From assembly GCA_046759645.1 (NCBI GenBank), contig JBHICO010000003.1:1-56740 (forward strand): a stretch of DNA of 56,740 nt, in the 5' to 3' direction. The translations under genes were made by a program, and so were the position numbers. The notes below the pieces were generated by a model. That model was not told the origin of the DNA. It did not search any database and saw only the letters and a program-made list of their open reading frames with translations. Source of the DNA: Nitrososphaerales archaeon. GTDB taxonomy: Archaea > Thermoproteota > Nitrososphaeria > Nitrososphaerales > UBA213. Below, one piece after another: positions 1-9,694 of the stretch. Within the stretch, counting starts at the first letter, position 1; every line of letters starts with the position of its first letter.

Positions 1-487
1 ACGAGCTTTTGCTTGAATTCGCTCTCTATACTACCAGGGCGTAGATATACTGCCATTCGGTTAGCACTTTAAAGTTTTCGTATCTTTAGAGGAATGTAAT
101 TTATGAAGCTTAAGTTAAACTACAAAATGTTAGGACAAAGACAGTAGCTGCAAGAAAGTAATGCACGAAGGGGGTAACTTGGTCTAACTGTGTAGCAAAA
201 TTTCACTTGTCCATTTACCTTCAAAGTATTGTTTAACTCGAACGCATTGCGTAATGTTGTTTAACATACTTGAACAGTTGATTTAAGCATTAGGATTTGA
301 TATGAGTTTTATATCATAAAAACACTTGCTGCTTCTATTTTGTTCTTTTACATTCAATGCAAAGTGTATTCATTAAAGGCTACTGCATTTTATTGTGGTA
401 ATTTATTGAGCCTATCTCCGTCGTTTAGTCTAGGACCAAAGGATAAATTGATCGTGCTGTACAAATAAAAATAAGCAGGTTTTAACA

Positions 488-754
488 TTGTACCTTATGG
501 GAACTATAGGAATTCCATTTACAGAAGAGATGTATGGAATTATTATAAGGGAAGCGGGAAGGAAAAAGATTCAGCCTGAAACTTTGCTTAAGATTTGGAT
601 ATTGGAAAGGGCCAAGGCTGAATCAAGCAAGATCGTACATGTAACAAAGGATCCCATGGTAGACCTAGTTTCAGTACCATTAAAGATGGGTTACATATTG
701 ACCGCATCTGCGACAGCAACGATTAGTATGCTAGTCGAAGAGCTTGTGCGGTAG
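488..754 (+). CDS. hypothetical protein (88 aa)
   Basis: Longest ORF in an otherwise ORF-poor first 950 nt. No motif recognised. Its 3' end overlaps the convergent ORF 731..949 by 24 nt, so one of the two may be spurious. Confidence 0.3.
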   Translation: MYLMGTIGIPFTEEMYGIIIREAGRKKIQPETLLKIWILERAKAESSKIVHVTKDPMVDLVSVPLKMGYILTASATATISMLVEELVR

Positions 755-949
755 ACTGAAGTTGTTCTTCTGAAGAACATCATTTATAACATCCCTTACT
801 AGGGTAATCTCGTCTTTAGTGCAGCTTTTTAGGAAATCTTTTGCAAGGTAACTCTTCTCTTCCTTATTCCTTGCATTTCCATACGCGTCTCTAAACATAA
901 TGAAGCGTTCTACGAAGTCTCCACGTATGTCTGTCATTTCCATATGCAA
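731..949 (-). CDS. hypothetical protein (72 aa)
   Basis: Charged, helical-looking 72-aa ORF. No motif recognised. Confidence 0.3.
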   Translation of the reverse strand: MHMEMTDIRGDFVERFIMFRDAYGNARNKEEKSYLAKDFLKSCTKDEITLVRDVINDVLQKNNFSLPHKLFD

Positions 950-1075
950 GGATTACGAATTTTATTTATTGTTGGTATAGGCAATACTTCTTAACAAGAT
1001 TGATCGCATACGCTGTCTTAAGTTTAGCCGGCAACACAAGTTGTATTTTCACATAAACAGCTTTAATAAAAGATA

Positions 1076-2053
1076 TTATTTTTCGTTAAAGTGTAGATCT
1101 TTGCCTATTTTCCCCAGTTCTGCCAATAATGCAGCAAGTTGTATGTCTGGATGCGCACCTGAAACAAGCCTATAATCGCACTCAGCCAACGCAGAAATCA
1201 CTTCACCGCTTGCGGTCTTTTGCTTTTGCACCTCCTCATTTGCATAACGTAAGAAATCGCGCTCCGACATACCATACACTTTCGTCAATTCTATGAGTTT
1301 GGTTCTGGCCTCCTGAAATTTCCCACTTAATGCCAGCTTTATGATTTGACCGACCTTAGCCTTTTGAGATATTCCCACTGCCGAGTTCACGTTTTGAGTG
1401 TTGACTGTGCCCATACTTGCAGCCGCCTGCAATACATTGATAGCATGTCTCAAGTCGCCTTCTGTAGCTTCGTAGATCGCGGACAAGGCTTCGCCATCAA
1501 ACTTCACCTTCTCCTTCCTGCATAAGTTTTCCAGTTGTTTAACGACATCGCCCTCCTTCAAATTGGTGAACCTAAGTATAACGCACCTGCTCTGTATAGG
1601 CTCTATTATCTGTGACAGATAATTGCATATCAGAATGAACCTGGTTGATCTGGCACTATCTTCTATTATCCTCCGCAACGCTGTTTGTGCATCACCTGTC
1701 ATTTCGTCTGCTTCGTCGAGTATAACGATCTTGAAGGGAATCTGGGAAGAAGCCATGGTGGAGTATCGGGCAAACATCTTTACACGCTCACGAACCATGT
1801 TTATTCCTCGTTCATCAGAAGCGTTCAGTTCCAATGTGTAATCCTTCCAGTAGACTCCCAAAACTTCCCTTGCTATGCAGAGTGCCAGTGTAGTCTTGCC
1901 CACACCTGCTGGGCCAGAAAACATGAAGTTGGGCATCTCCTCTGCCTTCAATATAAGGTTCCTGATACCATCAACTATAGATTTCTGGTTGATAACGTCG
2001 GCCAGCTTAGTCGGCCTGTACTTCTCTACCCACATTAGATTTTTGATCTCCAT
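1076..2053 (-). CDS. rfcS: replication factor C small subunit
   Basis: Walker A GPAGVGKTT, Walker B ILDEADEMT and the SRC motif (QSRC). 325 aa is typical of the archaeal RFC small subunit. ATG at 2053. Confidence 0.95.
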   Translation of the reverse strand: MEIKNLMWVEKYRPTKLADVINQKSIVDGIRNLILKAEEMPNFMFSGPAGVGKTTLALCIAREVLGVYWKDYTLELNASDERGINMVRERVKMFARYSTMASSQIPFKIVILDEADEMTGDAQTALRRIIEDSARSTRFILICNYLSQIIEPIQSRCVILRFTNLKEGDVVKQLENLCRKEKVKFDGEALSAIYEATEGDLRHAINVLQAAASMGTVNTQNVNSAVGISQKAKVGQIIKLALSGKFQEARTKLIELTKVYGMSERDFLRYANEEVQKQKTASGEVISALAECDYRLVSGAHPDIQLAALLAELGKIGKDLHFNEK

Positions 2054-2183
2054 TATTGAGCATCATATATCCCAGTTCGCACTGATTAATAATTTGCTAT
2101 TGATCAAAGACATTAAATGTATGCTGTCGTTAACATTACGTGTGGATATCCATCAACTGACTAAAGTATATAATATCGGTCAT

Positions 2184-2657
2184 ATGCTTGAAGATGTTAA
2201 AGTCAGATTCAAGAGGGATATTAAGATAGACATCTTCAGTATTTCTATAGTAGCTAATGAGAATGATTTACAAAATATACCCAGATGGCTTGCAAGTATA
2301 CTCGAGGAGAATGGTATTGTGGAAATTCATTTACCGGACATGAGTGTCGACCTTTTGCGTGCATTGAGTAGGGAGAGAATTGCAGGAACAGACCAACTTT
2401 CTTCACTGAAGCCTGACTTTTACATACGTTTGAATGCGTACATTAAGAGCAGGCAAGGCGTTGAGAGAGAAAAACTGAATATATCTATGCACGATTTGGT
2501 GTTATTGAGACTGGGCAAAATAATTCTTCTCGCTCATTCCGCACCCATAAACCCCGATCTGGAACAAAAATTAACCTATGAGGAAAAAACATTATTCCAA
2601 TTGATACATAAGGCCTCAAGTGATTTCAAGGAATGTGTTCTCGGTGGTAAGCAATGA
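2184..2657 (+). CDS. GINS complex subunit, Gins23-type (B-domain then A-domain)
   Basis: The C-terminal half has the GINS A-domain pattern (SLKPDFYIRLNAYIK, HDLVLLRLGKIILLA, LTYEEKTLFQLI), preceded by a short beta-rich N-terminal domain. The stop overlaps the mcm ATG (ATGA at 2654-2657). The track ORF (from 1875) runs antisense into rfcS, so I moved the start to the ATG at 2184. The ATG at 2121 is an alternative. Confidence 0.6.
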   Translation: MLEDVKVRFKRDIKIDIFSISIVANENDLQNIPRWLASILEENGIVEIHLPDMSVDLLRALSRERIAGTDQLSSLKPDFYIRLNAYIKSRQGVEREKLNISMHDLVLLRLGKIILLAHSAPINPDLEQKLTYEEKTLFQLIHKASSDFKECVLGGKQ

Positions 2658-4714
2658 CTGAACAGACTCATGCTAGGCTGTCAGAGGAACTTGAGTTCTT
2701 CCTTAAGGGGTTCAAAGACAAGAATGGAGTATATAAGTACAGGGAGAGGATAGGACAGATGAAGGCTCTTAATCAGAAATCTCTCCTCGTAGATCACAAT
2801 GATATTGCATCTTACAATTCATCTATAGAAAGTAAGCTTAGAGAAGAACCAGATGAACTTCTACATGCTTTTGGGGATGCGCTTTATTCTACCTTGAAAC
2901 TAGAGCATCCAGATTATGCTGAACGGATCAAGCCAGATATTAGGCTTAGGGTTGGCAACTTTCCTGGTCAGAGAACATTAAGGGATGTCGATGCGGAACT
3001 CATCGGTAAACTGGTAAGTGTCTCTGGCATGGTTGTTAGAGCTTCTGAAATAAAACCAATGGCTGATCAGGTTGCATTCAGATGCACAGAAGGTCATATC
3101 CAACATGTGGAGCAAAAAGATCTTGAGATCAAGAAAACAGTTCACTGCAATGTTTGTCAAAACGCGGCAGAAATTGATCTTGTAAAAAGCAAGTTTGTTG
3201 ATTTTCAAATTGTGCGAATGCAGGAATTACCAGAAGATCTTCCGCCAGGTCAACTGCCACACTATTCAGATATTATACTTACACACGACCTTGTCGATAA
3301 CGCCAGACCAGGTGATAGAATAATTTTAACGGGTATAGTTAGAATAGAACAGGACTACGAAAATTTAAGAACCAGGACTAGACTTTTCAGGTTACGTTTA
3401 CAGGGCAACAACATAGAATTCTTGGGTGGAAGGGCTGGTGACAAGGATGTTAGAACAACCGAAAGATTCCTCATTACATCGGAAGACGAAAATCAGATAA
3501 AGCGCTTAGCAGAGGGTCCTGGTGCGTATGAAAAGCTGATCGTATCGCTAGCACCTCATATTTACGGCCATGATATAATCAAAGAGGCAATTTTGCTCCA
3601 GATAATAGGCGCGCCTGCACGCATGCTTGAAGATGGTACGAAAATAAGGGGTGATATCAATGTGTTCCTCGTTGGTGACCCCGGAACCGCGAAAAGTGAG
3701 CTGTTGAAGTACGCTTCCAGAGTTGCTCCTAGAGGTCTATATACATCCGGGAGGGGTTCCACTGCTGCTGGATTGACGGCTGCAGTAATTCGGGATAAGA
3801 GTGGTATAATGATGCTAGAAGCAGGAGCGGTGGTATTAGGAGATCAGGGTCTTGTGTGCATAGATGAATTTGACAAGATGAAGCCTGAAGACCGAAGCGC
3901 ATTGCACGAAGTTATGGAGCAGCAATCGTGTAGTGTTGCAAAAGGAGGCATAGTTGCCACATTGAATGCAAGGACTTCCATACTTGCAGCTGCAAACCCC
4001 CTTTTGGGAAAATACGATCCGTTTAGAAACATAACTGAAAATGTTAACTTGCCTATTCCACTGTTGACTAGATTCGATCTTGTCTTTGCAATTCGGGACG
4101 AACCTAAGAAAGAGTCCGATTCGCATATTGCAAGGCATATACTTGGTATCCATAGAAGAGGTACGTATGCAGTTGCGCCTATTCTTGATATCGATATGCT
4201 CGGCAAATACCTGGCGTATTCAAAGCATATTGATCCTGTGTTGAGTGAGGAAGCTGAAGATAAGATCTTCGACTATTATCTTCAAATGAGGAATGTTGAA
4301 TCCGAAGATATGATAACAGTTACACCCAGACAATTGGAAGCGTTGGTTAGGTTGGCAACGGCACGTGCTAGATTGCTCCTAAAGGATACGGTTGATGCAA
4401 GTGATGCAGAACGGGCAATTTACCTTATCAGCAATATGCTGCATACGGTTGGCGTGGATGTAAGAACTGGGAAGGTTGATCTTGGCGTAATGCACGGAAT
4501 GCCACAAAGCGAGATATCTAAGATGCAGATGTTTTTTGATGTTTTTAACACGTTATCGGGGCCTGACAAGAACCCAGTTGAGGGTAGGCAGCTAGAAGAT
4601 GAGCTTGTAAAGACTGGCAAGTTCACGGCAGAGGAGGCCAAGTCGCTTATAACTAGGGCTAACAGAAATGGAATAATTTATGAAGTGAAGAGTGGCTTTT
4701 ACAAGCGAGCATGA
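2654..4714 (+). CDS. mcm: MCM replicative helicase
   Basis: Zn-finger region (CTEGH...CNVC), Walker A GDPGTAKSE, Walker B CIDEFDKM and the arginine-finger motif TRFDL. C-terminal winged-helix tail. 686 aa. Confidence 0.97.
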   Translation: MTEQTHARLSEELEFFLKGFKDKNGVYKYRERIGQMKALNQKSLLVDHNDIASYNSSIESKLREEPDELLHAFGDALYSTLKLEHPDYAERIKPDIRLRVGNFPGQRTLRDVDAELIGKLVSVSGMVVRASEIKPMADQVAFRCTEGHIQHVEQKDLEIKKTVHCNVCQNAAEIDLVKSKFVDFQIVRMQELPEDLPPGQLPHYSDIILTHDLVDNARPGDRIILTGIVRIEQDYENLRTRTRLFRLRLQGNNIEFLGGRAGDKDVRTTERFLITSEDENQIKRLAEGPGAYEKLIVSLAPHIYGHDIIKEAILLQIIGAPARMLEDGTKIRGDINVFLVGDPGTAKSELLKYASRVAPRGLYTSGRGSTAAGLTAAVIRDKSGIMMLEAGAVVLGDQGLVCIDEFDKMKPEDRSALHEVMEQQSCSVAKGGIVATLNARTSILAAANPLLGKYDPFRNITENVNLPIPLLTRFDLVFAIRDEPKKESDSHIARHILGIHRRGTYAVAPILDIDMLGKYLAYSKHIDPVLSEEAEDKIFDYYLQMRNVESEDMITVTPRQLEALVRLATARARLLLKDTVDASDAERAIYLISNMLHTVGVDVRTGKVDLGVMHGMPQSEISKMQMFFDVFNTLSGPDKNPVEGRQLEDELVKTGKFTAEEAKSLITRANRNGIIYEVKSGFYKRA

Positions 4715-6837
4715 CGCATGATATTGTTGATGTAGATATACCTAACCAGCTAAAGACAATGTTAGAGGAATGGGGATACAAAACCCTCTACCCACCGCAG
4801 CAGGAGGCGGTAGAACGTGGTCTTTTAGGTGGTAAAAATCTCCTAGTAACGACTCCAACAGCAAGCGGTAAGACCCTTATAGCATTGCTTGCTACTGCGA
4901 AAACCATTTTGGACAGGAATGCGAAGGTTGTTTATCTTACACCTTTGCGTGCACTTGCAAGTGAAAAGTTTGCCGAGTTTAAGATATTCGAAAATATGAC
5001 AAAGAGCGATGGTAGCAGGGTAAGGGTTATGATATCAACAGGAGATTATGACTCTGCGAGCGAGCGTCTAAAGGATGGTGATATTATTATTTTGACAAAT
5101 GAAAAAATGGATTCTGTAATGAGGCATGGAGCAGATTGGACTGATGAAGTAGGGCTATTCGTTGCAGACGAAGTGCACTTGTTGGGTGACAAGGAACGAG
5201 GTCCGACATTAGAAATGATGCTAACAAAGATAATGATGTTTCAAAGCAGCGCAAATCTATTGGCTTTAAGTGCTACCGTAACAAATGCAGATGATATAGC
5301 ATCGTGGCTTGGATGTGAATTAATAAACAGTACCTGGCGACCTACGGAATTGATAGAAGGTGTCTATGATTACGGTTCTATGAAACTGCAGGATGGCAAT
5401 ATCATCAACATCGAAAGGACTGGCAGAGGGGCACCAATTGATCTGGCAATAGATTCAATTGCTGATGGAGGGCAGGTTCTGATATTTGCAGAGACTAGAA
5501 AACGAGCAGTTTCACTCGCAGCGAAAGCCTCTGACCTTGTCAAAAGATTTCTTAACGAACAAGAAAAAAAAGTTGCTGAAGAAAGGGCAAATGATATACT
5601 AAATGGTGACGATACAGATCTTACACTTACTCTGGGGAAGCTTGTTAAAAATGGTGTAGCGTTCCATCATGCTGGCTTAAATCAATTGAGCAGGCAGATC
5701 GTGGAAGACATATTTAGAAGAGGAGTGATCAAGGTTCTTACTGCAACACCAACGCTGGCTGCTGGTGTTAACTTGCCTGCTAGAAGAGTTGTGATAAGCA
5801 GCATAACGAGGTACGATTATGAGTATGGTGCAAGTGTTCCAATAAGTGTTTTAGAGTACAAACAACTCTGCGGAAGGGCGGGTAGACCGAAGTACGATGC
5901 CCGTGGAGAGGCAATCATAGTTGCACCCAATGCAAATGCGGAAGAAACCTTCGAGCATTATGTTCACGGCAAGCCTGAACCGCTAAGATCAAAGCTGACG
6001 GATGATAGAGCTATAAGGGTCCACCTGCTAAGCACGATCGCATCTGTACCTGGAATCAAGAAGAAGGAGATTGATACGCTGTTTTCAAACACTCTGTTGG
6101 CAAAGCAGTACAGAAAATCAACGATCAAGGCAAAGGTTGACTCTGCTTTGGATTACTTGGAACTTGAAGAGATGGTGAAGAAAAGAGGTGAAAGGTTCCT
6201 CGCGAGTGAGTTCGGTAAGAGAACTTCATTGTTGTATATAGATCCCTTGACAGCGGTTGAATTCAAACGCGCTTTGTTAAGTGCAAAGAAAGATGCAAAA
6301 CATACACTTGGCTTTCTGCATATAGTTACTGACTGTACAGATTTTTATCCAAAACTTCAATTGCGAAACAAGGATATTGATGAGGTACAGATACTGATAG
6401 ACGAAAACGAACATGAATTGTTATATGATCTGAATGAATACGATTGTTCAAGGAGTTTGCTCGCGCTTTACGTATGGACGCAAGAATATACCGACAAAAA
6501 AATATTGGAAATGTTTGGTGTAGAGCCTGGTGATATGTATAGAATAGTGGAAACAAGTGACTGGTTGCTCTACTCATTATATGAGGTTGCAAAGTTATTC
6601 GCTCGTGAAGATCTGCTTCAGGAAATATACACGTTGAGAAAGCGCGTCAAGTACGGAATTAAAGAAGAGCTTATTCCGATAGTATCACTTGAGGGTGTGG
6701 GAAGAGTTAGAGCAAGAGCAATTTATACCGCTGGATACAAGGACATAAAGAGCATACGGAATACATCGATTGAAAAACTTGCTGCGGTTCAGAAGATCGG
6801 CCATGCTCTGGCAAGAAAGCTAAAGGAGCAGCTATAG
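4711..6837 (+). CDS. hel308: Hel308/Hjm (Ski2-like) DNA helicase
   Basis: Motif I TPTASGKT, motif II DEVH, motif III SAT and motif VI QLCGRAGRP. C-terminal HhH-like LEGVGRVRARAIY. The ATG overlaps the mcm stop (ATGA at 4711-4714). Confidence 0.9.
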   Translation: MTHDIVDVDIPNQLKTMLEEWGYKTLYPPQQEAVERGLLGGKNLLVTTPTASGKTLIALLATAKTILDRNAKVVYLTPLRALASEKFAEFKIFENMTKSDGSRVRVMISTGDYDSASERLKDGDIIILTNEKMDSVMRHGADWTDEVGLFVADEVHLLGDKERGPTLEMMLTKIMMFQSSANLLALSATVTNADDIASWLGCELINSTWRPTELIEGVYDYGSMKLQDGNIINIERTGRGAPIDLAIDSIADGGQVLIFAETRKRAVSLAAKASDLVKRFLNEQEKKVAEERANDILNGDDTDLTLTLGKLVKNGVAFHHAGLNQLSRQIVEDIFRRGVIKVLTATPTLAAGVNLPARRVVISSITRYDYEYGASVPISVLEYKQLCGRAGRPKYDARGEAIIVAPNANAEETFEHYVHGKPEPLRSKLTDDRAIRVHLLSTIASVPGIKKKEIDTLFSNTLLAKQYRKSTIKAKVDSALDYLELEEMVKKRGERFLASEFGKRTSLLYIDPLTAVEFKRALLSAKKDAKHTLGFLHIVTDCTDFYPKLQLRNKDIDEVQILIDENEHELLYDLNEYDCSRSLLALYVWTQEYTDKKILEMFGVEPGDMYRIVETSDWLLYSLYEVAKLFAREDLLQEIYTLRKRVKYGIKEELIPIVSLEGVGRVRARAIYTAGYKDIKSIRNTSIEKLAAVQKIGHALARKLKEQL

Positions 6838-6929
6838 AATGTATCAAGACATTATTACCAATTTTTGTTCGATCTTCAATTCAAATGAATTGCTATATCT
6901 TCACGCTCCTGGGAGTGAAGTTCATACTT

Positions 6930-7202
6930 TCACTCTAGATGCCATGGCTTCCCCTCCTTAACTATCTTGCTTGGTAGGTTATCCTTCCACTGTTCAAGGA
7001 ATTTAATATCATTTGCCTTGTTTCTCAGCTCATCTGGTAGCATTATGGGGATTTCCTCTATTATAGGATAGAAACGCGAACATTTGCTGCAAAATAGTGC
7101 ACCGTTAACAATTACATCCTGCTCCGTCTTAATTTCATAAATCTCGAGTGGATGGTTCTTGTCTATGGGACATGCGAGCATGTCGATCATACCTTTCTTC
7201 AT
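6930..7202 (-). CDS. Trm112-family small zinc-ribbon-like protein
   Basis: MLACPIDKNHPLE ... CSKCSRFYPIIEEIPIMLPDE is the Trm112/UPF0434 signature. The start overlaps the stop of the upstream oxidoreductase gene (ATGA). Confidence 0.8.
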   Translation of the reverse strand: MKKGMIDMLACPIDKNHPLEIYEIKTEQDVIVNGALFCSKCSRFYPIIEEIPIMLPDELRNKANDIKFLEQWKDNLPSKIVKEGKPWHLE

Positions 7203-8149
7203 TTAAGATCAAGATAGATAGGAGAACCGGTTCTACTTGAAAGTAGTGTTGCTTCTGTGACTATGCTAGTGTTAATGGCATCTTCTGCGCGGACTAAAGG
7301 TTTAGCATACCCCTCTACGGCCCCAATGAAATTTCTAAGTTCAAGTATCAAAGGTTCCTCAGATTCACTTCTAAGTATTAAAGTATCTTCCCCCTGATCT
7401 ATCTTTATTTCCTGTGTTATAAAATCACCCGTCATAATTGCATCTTTGCATACCGCAGCAAACTGGCAAATCTTCTTCGGTGTAATCCAGTTTGATGCTA
7501 TGAATGCTATCTTCTGATCTTTGAAACTAAGAACTATAGCTGCGAAATCCTCTTGTGTTCCACTTACACTTCCAGCTCTAGCTACCACCATGTGCGGTTT
7601 ATCATCAAAAAGGTATAGCGCTGCATCAATATCATGCACAGAAGTATCGTGTATTATTCCCATATTTTGAATATTTACAAGCAATCTGTTCTCCCTATGA
7701 AATTCTAGCCTAAGCATATCCCCATACTTTTTCTGTGAAATAAACTCCTTCACGTTCTTAACTGCTGGGTTGAAACGCTCTAGGCATCCAGCAGTAAGAA
7801 TAACGTTATTGCGCTTCGCTATGGTATACATCTGTTCACATTCAGAAGATGAAACCCCCATAGGTTTTTCGACCAGAACGTTAATTCGATGCTCCATGAA
7901 TTGTTTTGCTACCACGAAACGTGTAGAAGCAGGAGTGTTTATTATTGCTCCATCTAGTTCTTCATTTTTAATCATCTCCTCTATAGACGTGTATGAATTA
8001 ACATGGTACCTGTCGCCAAAATTTTTTACCCTACTTGCATCAGTGCCGTAAACTGCGCTTAATGCATCAAGTTTTGATAGAGCGTCTGCATAGTTCTTTT
8101 CCCATACCTCAACCCCTACTACTGCTATTTTTACCATCGCTACTACCAA
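7199..8149 (-). CDS. Gfo/Idh/MocA-family NAD(P)-dependent oxidoreductase
   Basis: N-terminal Rossmann strand KIAVVG and the EKP motif (VLVEKPM). Size 316 aa. Confidence 0.75.
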   Translation of the reverse strand: MVVAMVKIAVVGVEVWEKNYADALSKLDALSAVYGTDASRVKNFGDRYHVNSYTSIEEMIKNEELDGAIINTPASTRFVVAKQFMEHRINVLVEKPMGVSSSECEQMYTIAKRNNVILTAGCLERFNPAVKNVKEFISQKKYGDMLRLEFHRENRLLVNIQNMGIIHDTSVHDIDAALYLFDDKPHMVVARAGSVSGTQEDFAAIVLSFKDQKIAFIASNWITPKKICQFAAVCKDAIMTGDFITQEIKIDQGEDTLILRSESEEPLILELRNFIGAVEGYAKPLVRAEDAINTSIVTEATLLSSRTGSPIYLDLK

Positions 8150-9060
8150 ACAGGTACAAGCCAGTGCATGTACTCCTTTATATCGGCTGTAACAGCTTTG
8201 GAATACCTATCGCGTAAAATTTTTGTGATAGGTCCTTCTACACCATCACCGATTCTGTGCTCATCCACACTAATTACTGGCGTAACTTCGGCTGCTGTTC
8301 CCGTAAGAAATATTTCGTCACTCATGTAAAGTTCTGTTCTAGGAATTGTACGTTCAATCAATTCGTAACCCATGTCCTTTGCTATACTGATTGTGGTGTC
8401 TCTGGTTATTCCCTCCAGTACTGAAGAGGATACTGGAGGTGTGTAGATCTTTCCTTCCCTAACTATGAACACATTTTCCCCAGGAGCTTCACTCACCATC
8501 CCGTAATTGTCCAGCATTATTGCTTCATCGTAGCCATTCCTCTTGCACTCCTGAGTTGCAAGAACAGAATTAAGATAGTTGCCACCAGCCTTTGCTATGG
8601 GCGGTGTGGATAGATCGTTTATACGTCTCCATGTGGATATGCAAACCCTTATCCCCTTTGAGTTTAGATACTGATCGAATGTGAATAAAAGGATAGCCAC
8701 ATGTGAAGGTGATTTTTCAGTCACCGCAAGATCTATGCCATGGAAACCTACAAACGCTATGGGCCTGACGTAACATGAGCTCTTGATCTGGTTATTTTTT
8801 ATAACCTCAACCGTAGCATCGATAAGTGCCTTTATGTTATATTTTACATCGATAGAGTAAACGCTTGCAGATTTACGTAGGCGTTTCATATGATCTGCAA
8901 GCCTGAAGATGTATAGGTTGTCCTTCGCAGCATATGCTCTTATGCCCTCTATGACACTTGTGCCGTAATGCATCGCATGAGTCATTATAGGGACCTTAGC
9001 GTTTTCCCATTTTATTATCTCGCCATCGAACCATACATTGCTGAACTCCTTGAATTGCAT
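8143..9060 (-). CDS. ilvE: branched-chain amino acid aminotransferase (fold type IV)
   Basis: Colinear with IlvE: YGTSVIEGIRAY, GGNYLNSVLA, EAPGENVFIV, LEGITRD, FLTGTAAEVTPV. 305 aa. Confidence 0.9.
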   Translation of the reverse strand: MQFKEFSNVWFDGEIIKWENAKVPIMTHAMHYGTSVIEGIRAYAAKDNLYIFRLADHMKRLRKSASVYSIDVKYNIKALIDATVEVIKNNQIKSSCYVRPIAFVGFHGIDLAVTEKSPSHVAILLFTFDQYLNSKGIRVCISTWRRINDLSTPPIAKAGGNYLNSVLATQECKRNGYDEAIMLDNYGMVSEAPGENVFIVREGKIYTPPVSSSVLEGITRDTTISIAKDMGYELIERTIPRTELYMSDEIFLTGTAAEVTPVISVDEHRIGDGVEGPITKILRDRYSKAVTADIKEYMHWLVPVW

Positions 9061-9464
9061 CTTTCAACAAGAAACCTTATCAGTTATAAAAAGTTTCAAA
9101 CTTGTGTGATATTTGTGAAGCTTAATTTCAGGGGGGCGGGCCATGAATGATATTGCATGGAAGCTGACGCCTTTAAAATTTTAGAAGAAAATTATTCTGA
9201 GGAATGGAAGAATGAAGACTATTCAATGGTGTTGGAACAAATTAGTAAGTTCATAGAAAAGCACGTCTGAGAAATAGGAATTTTCCCAAGCGGTCCAATA
9301 CAACCATTTATGTTCTGGCACATGGACTGGCCAAGGAAATTCCCGTCTTCAAGGGAGAGGAGTCAGAAAAGTAGGTTATTAAACAGTTAGAGCGTCTACG
9401 CGATAGCAGCTATAATATAGTTGAACAAATTGTTGAGGAGATAGTTCAACAGTAATTTGGTTAA

Positions 9465-9551
9465 TGGGGGCGGCCGGATTTGAACCGGCGACCTCCAGCG
9501 GTCCCGAGGTCTTCCCGAGGCTGGCAGTCTGCCATACTAACATACGCCCCC
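9465..9551 (-). tRNA. tRNA-Pro (anticodon CGG) with 13-nt canonical intron
   Basis: Hand fold. Acceptor GGGGGCG/CGCCCCC, T-arm GCCGG-TTCAAAT-CCGGC, anticodon stem CCAGC/GCTGG. The loop is CTCGGG|intron|C, with the anticodon at 9517-9515. Discriminator A, and CCA is not encoded. The D-stem has one T-T mismatch. Confidence 0.85.
9501..9513 (-). other. tRNA-Pro intron (position 37/38)
   Basis: The 4-bp helix CTCG/CGGG is flanked by the 3-nt bulges GGA and ACC. This gives a bulge-helix-bulge with cuts after position 37 and before position 38. Confidence 0.75.
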
Positions 9552-9694
9552 AAAAATTCGTTTTCGCATTGTATTTTATGCAACTCTTATTTAAGCCTCG
9601 ATAGCTGTTTGTGCTTTCAAAGAAATTGTGAAGCTGCAACAAGCTAAAGGAGCATCAAGAGATATTATTAAGTAGCATTAAGAAATTGGTGCTA

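Noticed and set aside
1623-2038. Plus-strand ORFs 1623..1841 and 1685..2038
   Set aside because: They are entirely antisense to the well-supported rfcS gene and have no motifs.
1875-2183. N-terminal 103 codons of the 260-aa track ORF 1875..2657
   Set aside because: This part lies antisense inside rfcS and has a low-complexity hydrophobic composition. The GINS-like similarity begins only after 2184, so I trimmed the start.
9157-9270. 37-aa ORF (MEADAFKILEENYSEEWKNEDYSMVLEQISKFIEKHV) between ilvE and tRNA-Pro
   Set aside because: It is too short to assess, has no motif and no clear promoter. It is kept only as a note.
9379-9642. 87-aa minus-strand ORF
   Set aside because: It is fully explained by the tRNA-Pro gene it overlaps (9465-9551).
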